This document shows, piece by piece, positions 42,199 to 51,718 of a stretch of DNA of 56,087 bases. The notes beneath the pieces were generated by a model. It worked only from the letters and a program-made list of their open reading frames with translations. It did no database searches and was not told where the DNA came from. This DNA comes from Patescibacteria group bacterium (GTDB lineage Bacteria > Patescibacteriota > Microgenomatia > UBA1400 > CG1-02-47-37): NCBI GenBank assembly GCA_038065055.1, contig JBBTRT010000007.1, positions 1-56,087 of the forward strand, written 5' to 3'. Each line of letters begins with the position of its first letter. Within the stretch, counting starts at the first letter, position 1. The translations under genes and the position numbers were made by a program.

Positions 42199-43248
42199 TT
42201 ATTTTAATGCTTTTTTTGAAATTTTTAACAGCTTTTTTACTTCCCGGTCAAAATCAGAGATGTAGTTTTTATCTTGTTTCTTACGGTATTTTTCAAATTC
42301 ATTTTCTGCTAAGGCGATTGCCACTTCATGGCTAATTTTCCCTTTATCTTGCAAAATATCTTCTTCATTAAACTGTAAAAAGACGTCTAACTTTTTTACC
42401 CAATCTTTCATCTTCATCGCAATTCCTTTTTTAGCTTGCATCTCCGCATAATCCAGATACATGGTGACAATCCTATTTAATTTATCCAGCTCTTTTTCGT
42501 CTAAATAGTTTTTAGCAATGATAACGTCTGTTTTTCGGATCAATCCTTTGGGCGCGTTTTTCCAAGTGGTTAGACCTAAATATGGTTTTTTATTTCCAAC
42601 TCGTTGATAAATAATTTCTGCAGCGGTTTGACCAGATATAGCAAAATGTAGTTTATTTTGTACTGTAGCAAAAAATTGTTTGGTTATTTCTTCGTTTGGA
42701 TCATAATCCAGACTACATTGGACATAAATATCGGTAATTTTTTGGTAAAACCTCCGTTCGCTCGAACGGATGTCTCTGATTCTTGCCAACTGTTCTTCAA
42801 AATAATCCTTGCCAAAAATGTTATGCGGGTCTTTTAGTTTTTCATCATTCATCGTAAAACCCTTGATAATGTATTCTTTCAGTCTTTCCGTTGCCCAAAT
42901 ACGAAAAAGGGTTGCTTGCCGGCTATTTACCCTGTAGCCAACAGATAGAATTGCATCAAGGTTGTAAAATAAGGTTTTGTACTTTTTGCCATCTTTGGCA
43001 GTATGTTCCAAAATGGAACTAACTGAATTTTCTTTTAGTTCGTTCGTCTCAAAAATATTTTTCAGATGCTTTGTTATTGCCGGTCGTTGAACCCCAAAAA
43101 GCTCCGCAATCTTCACCTGAGTCAACCAAACATTTTCATTGTGAAGAAATATCTCCACCTCTACTTTTCCATTGGGGGTAGTGTAGAGTAAAAAATCACG
43201 AACCTGAATCTTTGTATTTAGTTGATTCTTTACGTAAGTTGTGGCCAT
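42199..43248 (-). CDS. RhuM-family protein
   Basis: VWLTQVKIAELFGV...ITKHLKNIFE..EL.ENSV......TA.DGK.Y.T..YNLDAILSVGYRVNS..AT.FRIWAT.RLKEYIIKGFTM.DE.LK closely matches remembered RhuM sequences. Confidence 0.8.
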   Translation of the reverse strand: MATTYVKNQLNTKIQVRDFLLYTTPNGKVEVEIFLHNENVWLTQVKIAELFGVQRPAITKHLKNIFETNELKENSVSSILEHTAKDGKKYKTLFYNLDAILSVGYRVNSRQATLFRIWATERLKEYIIKGFTMNDEKLKDPHNIFGKDYFEEQLARIRDIRSSERRFYQKITDIYVQCSLDYDPNEEITKQFFATVQNKLHFAISGQTAAEIIYQRVGNKKPYLGLTTWKNAPKGLIRKTDVIIAKNYLDEKELDKLNRIVTMYLDYAEMQAKKGIAMKMKDWVKKLDVFLQFNEEDILQDKGKISHEVAIALAENEFEKYRKKQDKNYISDFDREVKKLLKISKKALK

Positions 43249-43251
43249 AGG

Positions 43252-43932
43252 TTATAACTTTAATTTTAACAAAAAAATCGTCTCCTGGATCAATTTGGTT
43301 TTCACCCAGGCTTTCATCTTATTGTCCAACAGCTCCCCCATGCCGTCTAAAATATTAGTTGGCGGTTTTTTCTCCAGTAAATTAAGGCATCTTTGCAGGT
43401 ATTTTTTTGGCTCTGTTTTAGTCCGCAATTTCAATAAAGCTTCATTTAAATCCCAATGATTATTTAACATAAACCAAATGTCAAAAATGTCCCTATGGGC
43501 CAATCTCTTTCTATCCAAAAGGGCGGTTAATTTGTTGGCAAACATATCCTCTGGTTTCATTACTAATGCCGGCTGGCCTAAATAATTTTTCATCTCATAC
43601 TGATTTCCAGCGCTTCTCTTGGAAATCTCGATTTTCAAATGATTCAATCCTTTTTGGTAACTTAACAGCCAAAACAAAGTGAAATATTTTTCCCTGCCCT
43701 CTTTTAAAACGCCATATTTATTAACGATTTTAGTTATTTTTTTAAAAACCAGGTCTTTTTTAGATTCATCAAGCAAATCAAAATCTAAATCTACGCTGAA
43801 ACGGGGCAAATCGTAAAAAAATTTAAGGGCAGTCCCCCCTTTAAAGCCCAACGCCGGACCGATAGTAATATCCGAGTAAATTTCTTTCACGATTTTAGTC
43901 ATTATCAATTGATGCGTAGAAATCTTTAACAT
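43252..43932 (-). CDS. AbiEii/AbiGii-family nucleotidyltransferase toxin
   Basis: FKGGTALKFFYDLPRFSVDLDFD motif. Confidence 0.8.
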   Translation of the reverse strand: MLKISTHQLIMTKIVKEIYSDITIGPALGFKGGTALKFFYDLPRFSVDLDFDLLDESKKDLVFKKITKIVNKYGVLKEGREKYFTLFWLLSYQKGLNHLKIEISKRSAGNQYEMKNYLGQPALVMKPEDMFANKLTALLDRKRLAHRDIFDIWFMLNNHWDLNEALLKLRTKTEPKKYLQRCLNLLEKKPPTNILDGMGELLDNKMKAWVKTKLIQETIFLLKLKL

Positions 43933-44485
43933 ATTTTCTAAACCTCCCTTTCATAGCCTTATTGTTATATATTTTTATCAAGTCTTCAGCTTTTCCCCAA
44001 TCAATTGGTTCTAAATTGTCAAAATAATAATTTTTAGATAAATAGATTCTGTCCAAAAAAGCTCTTTCCGCGCCGGCAATGGCATAACCGTTTTGGTTAA
44101 CTATGCCTTTCGAGTTAGTGAGTATTTCGTCTTTAATTTTTTTAAAGCTAATCGTATATTCTCCCAATTTTATTTCTCTTGTTTGATAACTTAAAACAAA
44201 AATAGTGTGACTATAATCCTGAAAAGTAATCCCGCTTCTTTGAAGAACCGTTTCCAAACTAATATATGAAGGGGTTAAAATCTTATTGGCCGCCTCCAAA
44301 ATTTCAAAATCGATGTTTTTCGCATAAAGACCTCTTTTTAAATTGATCAACCGGCCTTTTTTAACAAAATAATTGATTTTTGACTTCAACCGATTTAAGT
44401 TTGTTTCTCCAATAATTAAAGATATTTCTTGCGTAGTAAAAACTGTATTTTTTAATGAATATAAGCCAAAGGTAAGATTTTTCAT
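43895..44485 (-). CDS. AbiEi-like antitoxin/transcriptional regulator
   Basis: ...FVKKGRLINLKRGLYA wHTH pattern. Overlaps the toxin start. Confidence 0.7.
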   Translation of the reverse strand: MKNLTFGLYSLKNTVFTTQEISLIIGETNLNRLKSKINYFVKKGRLINLKRGLYAKNIDFEILEAANKILTPSYISLETVLQRSGITFQDYSHTIFVLSYQTREIKLGEYTISFKKIKDEILTNSKGIVNQNGYAIAGAERAFLDRIYLSKNYYFDNLEPIDWGKAEDLIKIYNNKAMKGRFRKYVKDFYASIDND

Positions 44486-44517
44486 TACTTCCAGCTTACA
44501 TTAACCTAAAATATTTG

Positions 44518-45648
44518 TCAAACAATCTCCCCGCCCCAAGTGTAATCATTAAATTGGGGCGACGGCTGCCGGCCAATCAGCCGGATCTTAGTTATTTTAG
44601 CTTTTTTTGCCAATCGGACCAGTGAATTAAAATCCTGACGGGTCGGAGTCTCTCGGATACCGATCCCCAGCCGTTTATCTGAAACAAAATCAATTTCCTG
44701 GCCGGTTTTTAAAGCATAATATTGCCACTTATCCAGCCCGGACAACTGATTATAAACCGTATTTTTAAACTGCGCCTCGCCTGATAACTCTGCCAGCGTG
44801 TTAACTAACCCGGTATCGCTGAAATACAGTTTTTTAGCTTTAACAATTTCCTGCTCTCCGCCGCTGGTATAAACCGGCACGGTTTTTATCAAATAACTAT
44901 TTTCCAACCTCTTCAAGTAGTCAGTTACCGTTGGCCGGGACAGCCCGGACAAACGGGCCAATTGGCTGATTTCTACCCGCTCATCCACCAACCCGGCCAG
45001 CAACTTCACCAAAGAATAAATTTTTTTCTCACTGGAAAATTCTGCGCCGGCGATAATTTCCAACAGTAAATCCCGCTTGTCCGCTTCTGCTCCGGCCAAA
45101 ACCACCTGGGGAAACCCGCCAAAACTAATATATTCTTCGTAAAAAACCGCTAACCGGTCATAATCGCCGGAATTAAAATTCCCCCGCCGCCAATCAGCTG
45201 TCAACGCCGGGATGCCTTTAAATTCCAGCCACTCTCCCCAATCAAGCGGCCGCAATTCAAACGGCTTGGCCACCAAACCGGCTAAGCTATCTGCCCGCGA
45301 TCCAATTAACACAAATTTTATCTGGTGGTGCTCGGTTAAATAGCCAATCACCTTAGCTAAATTAGGCAATAATTCCGCGTCATCCAAAGCTATTACCATC
45401 GGCCGGTCCAAGGTCAAGCCCCGATTAATAAAAATCTGCCTGATCGCGTCATAATTTGAATGTTCGAAAATCTCCCGGTTATCCGGCCGTTTTAAAGCTA
45501 GATAAAGTGAATTCTTGTTGCTGATTTCTTTTAAAGCTTGTTTCACCAAAACGGTCTTGCCGGTCCGCTTCATCCCCAACAACCCGGTAATTAAATTAGT
45601 CTGGATTTTATCCCTGAAAGCCGGGTAAATTTTCCTGGGTAAAAACAT
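44518..45648 (-). CDS. AAA+ ATPase with a DUF4143/PD-(D/E)xK-like C-terminal domain (copy 3)
   Basis: GMKRTGKTV Walker A, ALDDAE Walker B, QEIDFVS. The ATG at 45648 is preferred over the TTG at 45654. Confidence 0.8.
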   Translation of the reverse strand: MFLPRKIYPAFRDKIQTNLITGLLGMKRTGKTVLVKQALKEISNKNSLYLALKRPDNREIFEHSNYDAIRQIFINRGLTLDRPMVIALDDAELLPNLAKVIGYLTEHHQIKFVLIGSRADSLAGLVAKPFELRPLDWGEWLEFKGIPALTADWRRGNFNSGDYDRLAVFYEEYISFGGFPQVVLAGAEADKRDLLLEIIAGAEFSSEKKIYSLVKLLAGLVDERVEISQLARLSGLSRPTVTDYLKRLENSYLIKTVPVYTSGGEQEIVKAKKLYFSDTGLVNTLAELSGEAQFKNTVYNQLSGLDKWQYYALKTGQEIDFVSDKRLGIGIRETPTRQDFNSLVRLAKKAKITKIRLIGRQPSPQFNDYTWGGEIV

Positions 45649-45710
45649 ATGCAAGTTATACTTTACAAATAGTTTAACTTTTTGTCAAGTTATAGAGGAA
45701 AAAATTACTC

Positions 45711-45740
45711 TTGACACAGTCTAAAACCAAGGCATATACT
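45711..45740 (+). promoter_or_regulatory. sigma70-like promoter (TTGACA, 18 nt, TATACT) for the fibre-Tat operon
   Basis: Read directly. Lies in the divergent spacer shared with ATPase copy 3. Confidence 0.5.
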
Positions 45741-45765
45741 GAAATATTGAAGAATATAATCGGCT

Positions 45766-48189
45766 ATGTCTGATACTATTTTAACTGGCGATTTTACCAT
45801 TTATTACAGCGCTGAAAACCGGCAAAAACGGATTGTCTGGACCGGTTCGGCCACCGGCACCCGGACAGTTAACCAACTCTACTCCGCCCTCCAGGACTTA
45901 TTTGACGAACTAACCCAGATGGACGACGGCGTCCCCATGTCTGCCCAAACCCCGACCGAGTACACCATCGGCATCATCGACGCCGGTGATAAAGACCCCT
46001 GGTTTGTCGACCGGACCACGGTCGAGCATTTGACCGGCGGCGCTTTAAAAACCGCTTCCTGGGACCGGGTCACCACCACTAACACCGGTATTATTAAAGT
46101 CATCTGCAATAACACGGACATTGTCAGCGGCGACATCGGCCTGGATATTACCATCGGCACCAACACCGGTACGCTTTTGGATGTCAAAGGCACCGGCGCC
46201 GGCAGTATTCTTTGGATTAGGCCGGATTCCAATGCCGCCACTAACGACTTTGACGATGCCGGCACTTTAACCTGCAATGCCCACACCGCTGCCTGGACTT
46301 CAACCGCTTCGGCCGGCGAATCCTTATGGTCTAACATTTATACTTTAGGTACGATCGAAGCCAATACTCACCTTTATATCTCTCAAAATGGCGCCAATTT
46401 AGTCGCTTATAAAGACACCACCGACTGGTGGGCCGACGGCCACGTCGATATTTTAGTCAACGTTAAAGAATTAGGGGTGGAAACCGACGAAGGCTATATC
46501 ACCGTCGCCGCCCGACAATATAGTAAAACCTTTTCCTACTACATTGTCGACCTAACCAACGGCGGCCGGAACCCGATTCCGCTGCAAACCGGCAACGATT
46601 TAGACAACCAAACCGGCTTCTGGACATTTACCGGCTCGGCCGGATCCGCGCCCTTTACCGTCGGCGAAGTGATCTCTAAAGCCTCAACTGCCAAAAAAGG
46701 CGTCATTACGGCAATCGGCGGCACCACCGGCTCGCCGATTTTAACCTACTATTTAATCGGCGACCCAATCACCAACTTTGCTAACGGCGATACCAGTGTG
46801 ACCGGCGCCAGCTCCAGCTCCACCTGCACGGCCGGCACGCCCGCGGCCGCCGGACCGGCCGCTTTAGGCACGGCCCCGGTAATCGTCCACGGCGGTTTGA
46901 GCGACGGCGGCACCTATGATATTGACGAAAACGGCACCCCGGAAAACTATTCAATCGTCATTGACTGTAATCAAAACTCCCTGGCCAATGTTTATCAACA
47001 CTCAAAATACATTACCCGAAGAGGCGAAACAGTCACTACCAATACTGACGGCTTACAAGGTCAATTCTATGTTGGTTCTGACTATAGGCTCAGATATTCC
47101 GGGGTAATTACCGGCACCTTTTCTGAAGGTAATACTTGTACCCAGACCACGTCCGGCGCTAAAGGAACAATCGTCGAAGTCAACACGACCGATAAAATCG
47201 TCATCCTGCGTAATTCCAGAGGTACTTTTGACACCGCCAATATTGTTACCGACGATACTGCCGCGGGAACATTTACTCCAAATTCTGAAGCCTCGGCCGT
47301 GACCCCGATCGCCGCGGCTCCATTCGGCACTTTTGCCGGCGGCAAATTCTTCTGCGCCCCGGGCGTAGCTTTAACCGATTATCAAACCGGCGACGCCAAC
47401 AACTTTCAATTAGTCGACGACAACGGCACGGTCCGCGTCGCCCCTACCAAGGCCACGATTACCGTCAGCAACACCCGCGTTGGAGATAAAATTGCCGTTT
47501 TCCGCTTAACCGCTTCCGGCGGCGATATTAATAAAACCGAGTACAGCGCCACCGTCCAATCCCAAGCCGCCATAACCGCGGTTATGGGCGCGGCGATTAC
47601 CACCGACTCGCCGGGAAAGTCGGCCGGCGGCACCCTGCGCCTGGTGGATACCAGCGCCAACACCGAATACCGAATGCGGTTTTCCAGCTGGACCGCTAGC
47701 ACTTTTACTCTGGCTTATACTAACGTCGCTTCCGCCGACGCCGGCACGACCACCACTAATATTACCGAAACCGGCATCGGCACCGCCAGCCTGGTCGGTG
47801 ATTTAGTCTTAAACGTCACCCAAACAAACGCGGTTTCTTATGTGACTGCCATAGTTGACGCCAATAATGTAACGATTTCCCCGGCGATTACCGGCCAAAC
47901 CACCGCTGACAACATTAAATTCAACTGCTTACCGGTGGCCACCACCACCTCGCCGCAGGATTACTGGTACGTGCCGTTTATCGACGTCTACGAAACCACC
48001 GGCTCCAGCGGCACTCCCGGCACCGAAGCGGTCATTATCACCCACTCGGCCACTGACGCGGATATTTATATCCGGGTCCGCGCCCGGCAGGCCGGCAATA
48101 TCTTGCCGTTCGAACAAGATTCGAGCGTGGTCGGCGCCAACCCCACCACCGTCAGCGTCATTAGGACCGCCGATACTATCTTTACTTAA
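45766..48189 (+). CDS. 807-aa Thr/Gly/Ala-rich fibre-like protein, no signal peptide
   Basis: Long ORF. The C-terminal SPQDYWY...DADIYIRVRARQAGNILPFE aligns with TAQDYQY...SDVIRVRVRKATSAPKYVPLE of the 856-aa protein. Confidence 0.7.
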   Translation: MSDTILTGDFTIYYSAENRQKRIVWTGSATGTRTVNQLYSALQDLFDELTQMDDGVPMSAQTPTEYTIGIIDAGDKDPWFVDRTTVEHLTGGALKTASWDRVTTTNTGIIKVICNNTDIVSGDIGLDITIGTNTGTLLDVKGTGAGSILWIRPDSNAATNDFDDAGTLTCNAHTAAWTSTASAGESLWSNIYTLGTIEANTHLYISQNGANLVAYKDTTDWWADGHVDILVNVKELGVETDEGYITVAARQYSKTFSYYIVDLTNGGRNPIPLQTGNDLDNQTGFWTFTGSAGSAPFTVGEVISKASTAKKGVITAIGGTTGSPILTYYLIGDPITNFANGDTSVTGASSSSTCTAGTPAAAGPAALGTAPVIVHGGLSDGGTYDIDENGTPENYSIVIDCNQNSLANVYQHSKYITRRGETVTTNTDGLQGQFYVGSDYRLRYSGVITGTFSEGNTCTQTTSGAKGTIVEVNTTDKIVILRNSRGTFDTANIVTDDTAAGTFTPNSEASAVTPIAAAPFGTFAGGKFFCAPGVALTDYQTGDANNFQLVDDNGTVRVAPTKATITVSNTRVGDKIAVFRLTASGGDINKTEYSATVQSQAAITAVMGAAITTDSPGKSAGGTLRLVDTSANTEYRMRFSSWTASTFTLAYTNVASADAGTTTTNITETGIGTASLVGDLVLNVTQTNAVSYVTAIVDANNVTISPAITGQTTADNIKFNCLPVATTTSPQDYWYVPFIDVYETTGSSGTPGTEAVIITHSATDADIYIRVRARQAGNILPFEQDSSVVGANPTTVSVIRTADTIFT

Positions 48190-48198
48190 AAATAAATT

Positions 48199-48432
48199 AT
48201 GATTTATAAACGTTTTGAATTCTCTCAATCTTTAAACGGCCAACGGCTTCTCCATATTGCCCGCAACAGCGCCGGTATCGTTGTTTTTCGGGAAGAATCG
48301 GAAAACCAGCTTAAAAAAACCATTGATCAATATCTCAAACACAAACAAGAAGAAGAAGAATTGGCTAGCGCCAAAGCCACCCAAAAATTAGCGGAAAAGG
48401 CCAAGAAAAAAAAGAAAAGCTTTTTAGGATAA
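48199..48432 (+). CDS. small Lys/Glu-rich protein
   Basis: 77-aa ORF, 9 nt after the upstream stop codon. Confidence 0.45.
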   Translation: MIYKRFEFSQSLNGQRLLHIARNSAGIVVFREESENQLKKTIDQYLKHKQEEEELASAKATQKLAEKAKKKKKSFLG

Positions 48433-48438
48433 TCAAAG

Positions 48439-48666
48439 ATGACCGACCCGACTTTGCCGGTCACCAAAGAAGAACTGGACAATCTTAAAGAGATTCGCCG
48501 CTACGGAATTGAAGATTTGGAAAAATACCTAGTTAAAATCAAGAAAAATATCAGCGTCTTTGATGAAGCCATTGCCAAAGAAAACCAAGAAATGCAGCGG
48601 GTCCAAAACATGATTAAAGTTTTAGAAAACGACATTAAAGACGCCGATGACAAATTACATAATTAA
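48439..48666 (+). CDS. small coiled-coil protein
   Basis: 75-aa ORF with heptad-like charged composition. Confidence 0.45.
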   Translation: MTDPTLPVTKEELDNLKEIRRYGIEDLEKYLVKIKKNISVFDEAIAKENQEMQRVQNMIKVLENDIKDADDKLHN

Positions 48667-49366
48667 AACCCCTAAACCGGCCGAAGACCTCAAACGCATC
48701 AATGATTACTTTCTTACCTTCCTCGGTGAAATTAAACTGCCCCGGCTGGCTATCAAAGCTAAAAAACTTATTTTATCCTGTCCTGAAAACGATTCTGTTT
48801 CCGTTCCCCTGATTAGAAATTTGGGTTTGAGAATTTTTAATCCCCGCCTCAAAGCCTTTATTCCGGCTGACCCAAACATTTTGGAAGTCAACCAAACCAA
48901 CCCGATTTTTAAGCAATATCAATTAACTCCGATTTTTAGGTTTAACCACAGCCTCGTCTTTTTCTGCCGGGACAAAATCGGCCGAATTCACTTAGTCAAC
49001 CGCCACCTCCTGGAATATTTTTCCAGCAATCCTGCGCCCAACGTGGTGCGGGACAAAAATTTCAGCGCCGTCATCGCTAAAAATATCGCTACTTTTATTG
49101 CCCTAATTGACCGGGGTTTGATTCCTCTGGACTATTATCAGTACTCTAAAATAATCAATCTTTCCGGTTTAAATTTAACCAAAACCCTGAAAAAAATAAT
49201 CTACTTCCAGTTGGATGAGGTGAACCAAACCTTTATCCAAACCGGCCGGGAACTAACTAAAATCCCCAAAAAATACCTGGCAATTAAAGTCAACCAGGAC
49301 GTTAATTTCATCAAAAAATCTAACCGGCTGGTACCGCAACTAAACGTTTCGATTTTTTTAGCCTAA
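48647..49366 (+). CDS. hypothetical protein (239 aa)
   Basis: ORF overlapping the upstream gene by 20 nt. No recognised motif. Confidence 0.5.
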   Translation: MTNYIIKTPKPAEDLKRINDYFLTFLGEIKLPRLAIKAKKLILSCPENDSVSVPLIRNLGLRIFNPRLKAFIPADPNILEVNQTNPIFKQYQLTPIFRFNHSLVFFCRDKIGRIHLVNRHLLEYFSSNPAPNVVRDKNFSAVIAKNIATFIALIDRGLIPLDYYQYSKIINLSGLNLTKTLKKIIYFQLDEVNQTFIQTGRELTKIPKKYLAIKVNQDVNFIKKSNRLVPQLNVSIFLA

Positions 49367-49374
49367 AATAAGTT

Positions 49375-50670
49375 ATGGCCACTTTAACCTTTTTTAAAAC
49401 CGAACGGGTCATTCAAGTTGACTCTCCCCAAACCGTCATCACCATTCAGGATTTACTTAATCAAATCCGGCTCTACGAAGAACAGCCGATCAACCTCGAT
49501 TACGCCACCATCGCCAATGCCTACGGCAAACAGCCGCTGGGCGGCGGCTCGTACATCGGCATCACTCTGGAACTGATTAACGACTGGCGGATCGCTTTTG
49601 AAGCCCGGCCTGGTCCCAGTACAATTCTCTGCACCGCCTCCGGCGGCAACTTAGTTGCCATCAATAATTACAGCAATAACCCGATTAAACCCACCGCCTT
49701 TACCCAAATAGTCATTTCCCAATCGTCGTCGCCGACGATCATCCAAGCCGATCCTGACTACGCCACCCTCTATCTTTTGGAATCACTGCGCGGCCGCAAT
49801 AAATCCGTCGGCGGTATTTGGTACTGGAACCCAACCAGCGGCAGTGACGGCAGTGACGGCTTAACTCCGGCTAAAGCCGTCGCCACTTTTGCTAAAGCCC
49901 AAACCTTGGCTTCGGCCGGAACCGGCGATATTATTTTCGCTCTCGCAACGGCCGGCGGCGGCACCACTACGGTTACCGAAACTTTAAATATTACGAAAAA
50001 CAATTTAAAAATCCGCGGCGCCGGTTACGCCTTTCAGCTGGCCCCGGCCGTGGCCGGATCGCCAACCATCACCATCGGATCGGACAACGTCGAGGTCTCC
50101 GGTTTTTACCTGACTACTGCCGCCGGCGGCACTGACAACGGTGTCACTATTACCGGAAACAACACTCTAATCGAAGGCTGCTGGGTAAAATCAGCCACCG
50201 CCAACGGCATCGATCTGGCCGGCGCCGGCCGGACAACTATTGATACCTGCGCCGTTGAGTCCTGTGCCGGCAACGGCCTTAATCTGGGCGCCGGCACCAC
50301 TTTATCGAAAATCAAACAATGTATTTTAACCGGCAATCTCGACGGCGCCAACCTTGCCGGATCGGGCATCGCTGACAATATTTTTGAAAATAATTTAATT
50401 TACAATAATTCCGGCTACGGCATTGACATCGGTGCCGGGGTCGCTCGTACCGGCGTCCGTTTAAACCATACTTTTTCCGGCAACACCGCCGGGCCCACCA
50501 GAGACTTGGGCGCGGGCACCTTTATCGAAACCCAAGCCGGCGGCGCTTCGGCCACCGATATTGCCGACGCGGTTTGGGACGAAGTCATCGCCGGCCACGC
50601 CACCCCCGGCACTACCGCTCGGGTCCTTAAAGACGCTAAAATGAAAGCCACTATTGCCTCCCTAAGATAA
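49375..50670 (+). CDS. right-handed parallel beta-helix (PbH1 repeat) tailspike-like protein, no signal peptide
   Basis: Successive approximately 22-aa turns (NGVTITGNNTLIEGC / ANGIDLAGAGRTTIDTC / GNGLNLGAGTTLSKI / NNLIYNNSGYGIDIGAG). The C-terminal DIADAVWDEVIAGHATPGTTA motif is remembered from phage fibre proteins. Confidence 0.7.
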   Translation: MATLTFFKTERVIQVDSPQTVITIQDLLNQIRLYEEQPINLDYATIANAYGKQPLGGGSYIGITLELINDWRIAFEARPGPSTILCTASGGNLVAINNYSNNPIKPTAFTQIVISQSSSPTIIQADPDYATLYLLESLRGRNKSVGGIWYWNPTSGSDGSDGLTPAKAVATFAKAQTLASAGTGDIIFALATAGGGTTTVTETLNITKNNLKIRGAGYAFQLAPAVAGSPTITIGSDNVEVSGFYLTTAAGGTDNGVTITGNNTLIEGCWVKSATANGIDLAGAGRTTIDTCAVESCAGNGLNLGAGTTLSKIKQCILTGNLDGANLAGSGIADNIFENNLIYNNSGYGIDIGAGVARTGVRLNHTFSGNTAGPTRDLGAGTFIETQAGGASATDIADAVWDEVIAGHATPGTTARVLKDAKMKATIASLR

Positions 50671-50672
50671 CT

Positions 50673-51389
50673 ATGGACCAAGACAAAATCATCGCCAAAT
50701 ACCTGCCCTACCTCAAAGAAATCCAACAAAAACTCCTGCACGTTATCCTGGTCTTTTTTACTGCCGGCGCCATCGGCTTCATTTATTACCAAAAAATTAT
50801 CGGTTTAATCATGCGTATTTTTAAATTAGACGGCGTCAATATTGTCCTAACCTCGCCTTACCAATTCATCAACTTGGCCGTTAATTGCGGCCTGTTAATC
50901 GGCCTTATTTTTGCTTTGCCGCTTTTAGGCTACCACCTGGTTCATTTCCTCAAACCGGCCCTGAAAACCCGGGAATTCCGCCTCCTCACCCGGCTTTACC
51001 CGATTAGCCTGGTTTTATTTATTATTGGTTTTCTGTTTGGCGCCTGGATTATTCAGCTCGTGATCAGCCTTTACACCCAGGTTTCCCAACAATTTGCCAT
51101 TCAGAATTTATGGGATATTGGTAACTTTTTCTCCCAAATTCTCTCCACCGGCATTTTGATGGGGCTGGTATTTCAAATGCCGATTATTTTATTTGCCTTA
51201 TTGTCCCTAAAAATCATCAGTTTAGCCGGCTTAAAAAAATCCCGCAAATATGTTTATACCGCTATTCTTGTCTTTGTCGCCCTTTTGCCCCCCAACGACA
51301 TCATCTCTTTAATCGTCTTATCTATTCCCCCTTTACTTCTCTTTGAACTGACGCTAATATTATATCAATCATCAAGTAAGCAGTCATAA
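50673..51389 (+). CDS. tatC: twin-arginine translocase subunit TatC
   Basis: Six-TM profile with TSPYQFINLAV...ALPLL.YHLVHFLKPALKTRE and LPPNDIIS...PPLLLFE, characteristic of TatC. Confidence 0.88.
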   Translation: MDQDKIIAKYLPYLKEIQQKLLHVILVFFTAGAIGFIYYQKIIGLIMRIFKLDGVNIVLTSPYQFINLAVNCGLLIGLIFALPLLGYHLVHFLKPALKTREFRLLTRLYPISLVLFIIGFLFGAWIIQLVISLYTQVSQQFAIQNLWDIGNFFSQILSTGILMGLVFQMPIILFALLSLKIISLAGLKKSRKYVYTAILVFVALLPPNDIISLIVLSIPPLLLFELTLILYQSSSKQS

Positions 51390-51391
51390 TT

Positions 51392-51571
51392 ATGTTTAAA
51401 AATATCGGCACGCCGGAATTAATCGTCATTTTAATTGTCATCTTGGTTCTGTTTGGCGGTAAAAAATTGCCTGAGCTGGCCCGCGGCCTAGGTCTGGCCG
51501 GCAAAGAGCTAAAAAACGCTAAAAATGATCTGCAAAAAGCTATGAAAGATGAAAAGGGGGTGAGTAATTAA
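51392..51571 (+). CDS. tatA: TatA/E-family protein, copy 1 (59 aa)
   Basis: Hand translation: MFKNIGTPELIVILIVILVLFGGKKLPELARGLGLAGKELKNAKNDLQKAMKDEKGVSN. Absent from the ORF track (under 60 aa). Confidence 0.88.
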   Translation: MFKNIGTPELIVILIVILVLFGGKKLPELARGLGLAGKELKNAKNDLQKAMKDEKGVSN

Positions 51572-51717
51572 TGTTTAGAAACATCGGCACAACTGAAATC
51601 ATCATTATTGCAGTATTAATTATCATTCTGTTTGGCGGTAAAAAAATCCCCGAATTAATGCGGGGCATCGGCCAATCAATTAAAGAATTTAGAAAAGCCA
51701 GTAAAGAAAGGAGCTAA
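51571..51717 (+). CDS. tatA: TatA/E-family protein, copy 2 (48 aa)
   Basis: MFRNIGTTEIIIIAVLIIILFGGKKIPELMRGIGQSIKEFRKASKERS. Its ATG overlaps the copy 1 stop codon (TAATG). Confidence 0.88.
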   Translation: MFRNIGTTEIIIIAVLIIILFGGKKIPELMRGIGQSIKEFRKASKERS

Positions 51718-51718
51718 T

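Noticed and set aside
37304-50670. An intact prophage or a tailocin.
   Set aside because: No integrase, terminase, portal, capsid, tube, sheath, baseplate or lysis genes were recognised. The fibre-like genes are interleaved with toxin-antitoxin, ATPase and RhuM genes and with Tat genes.
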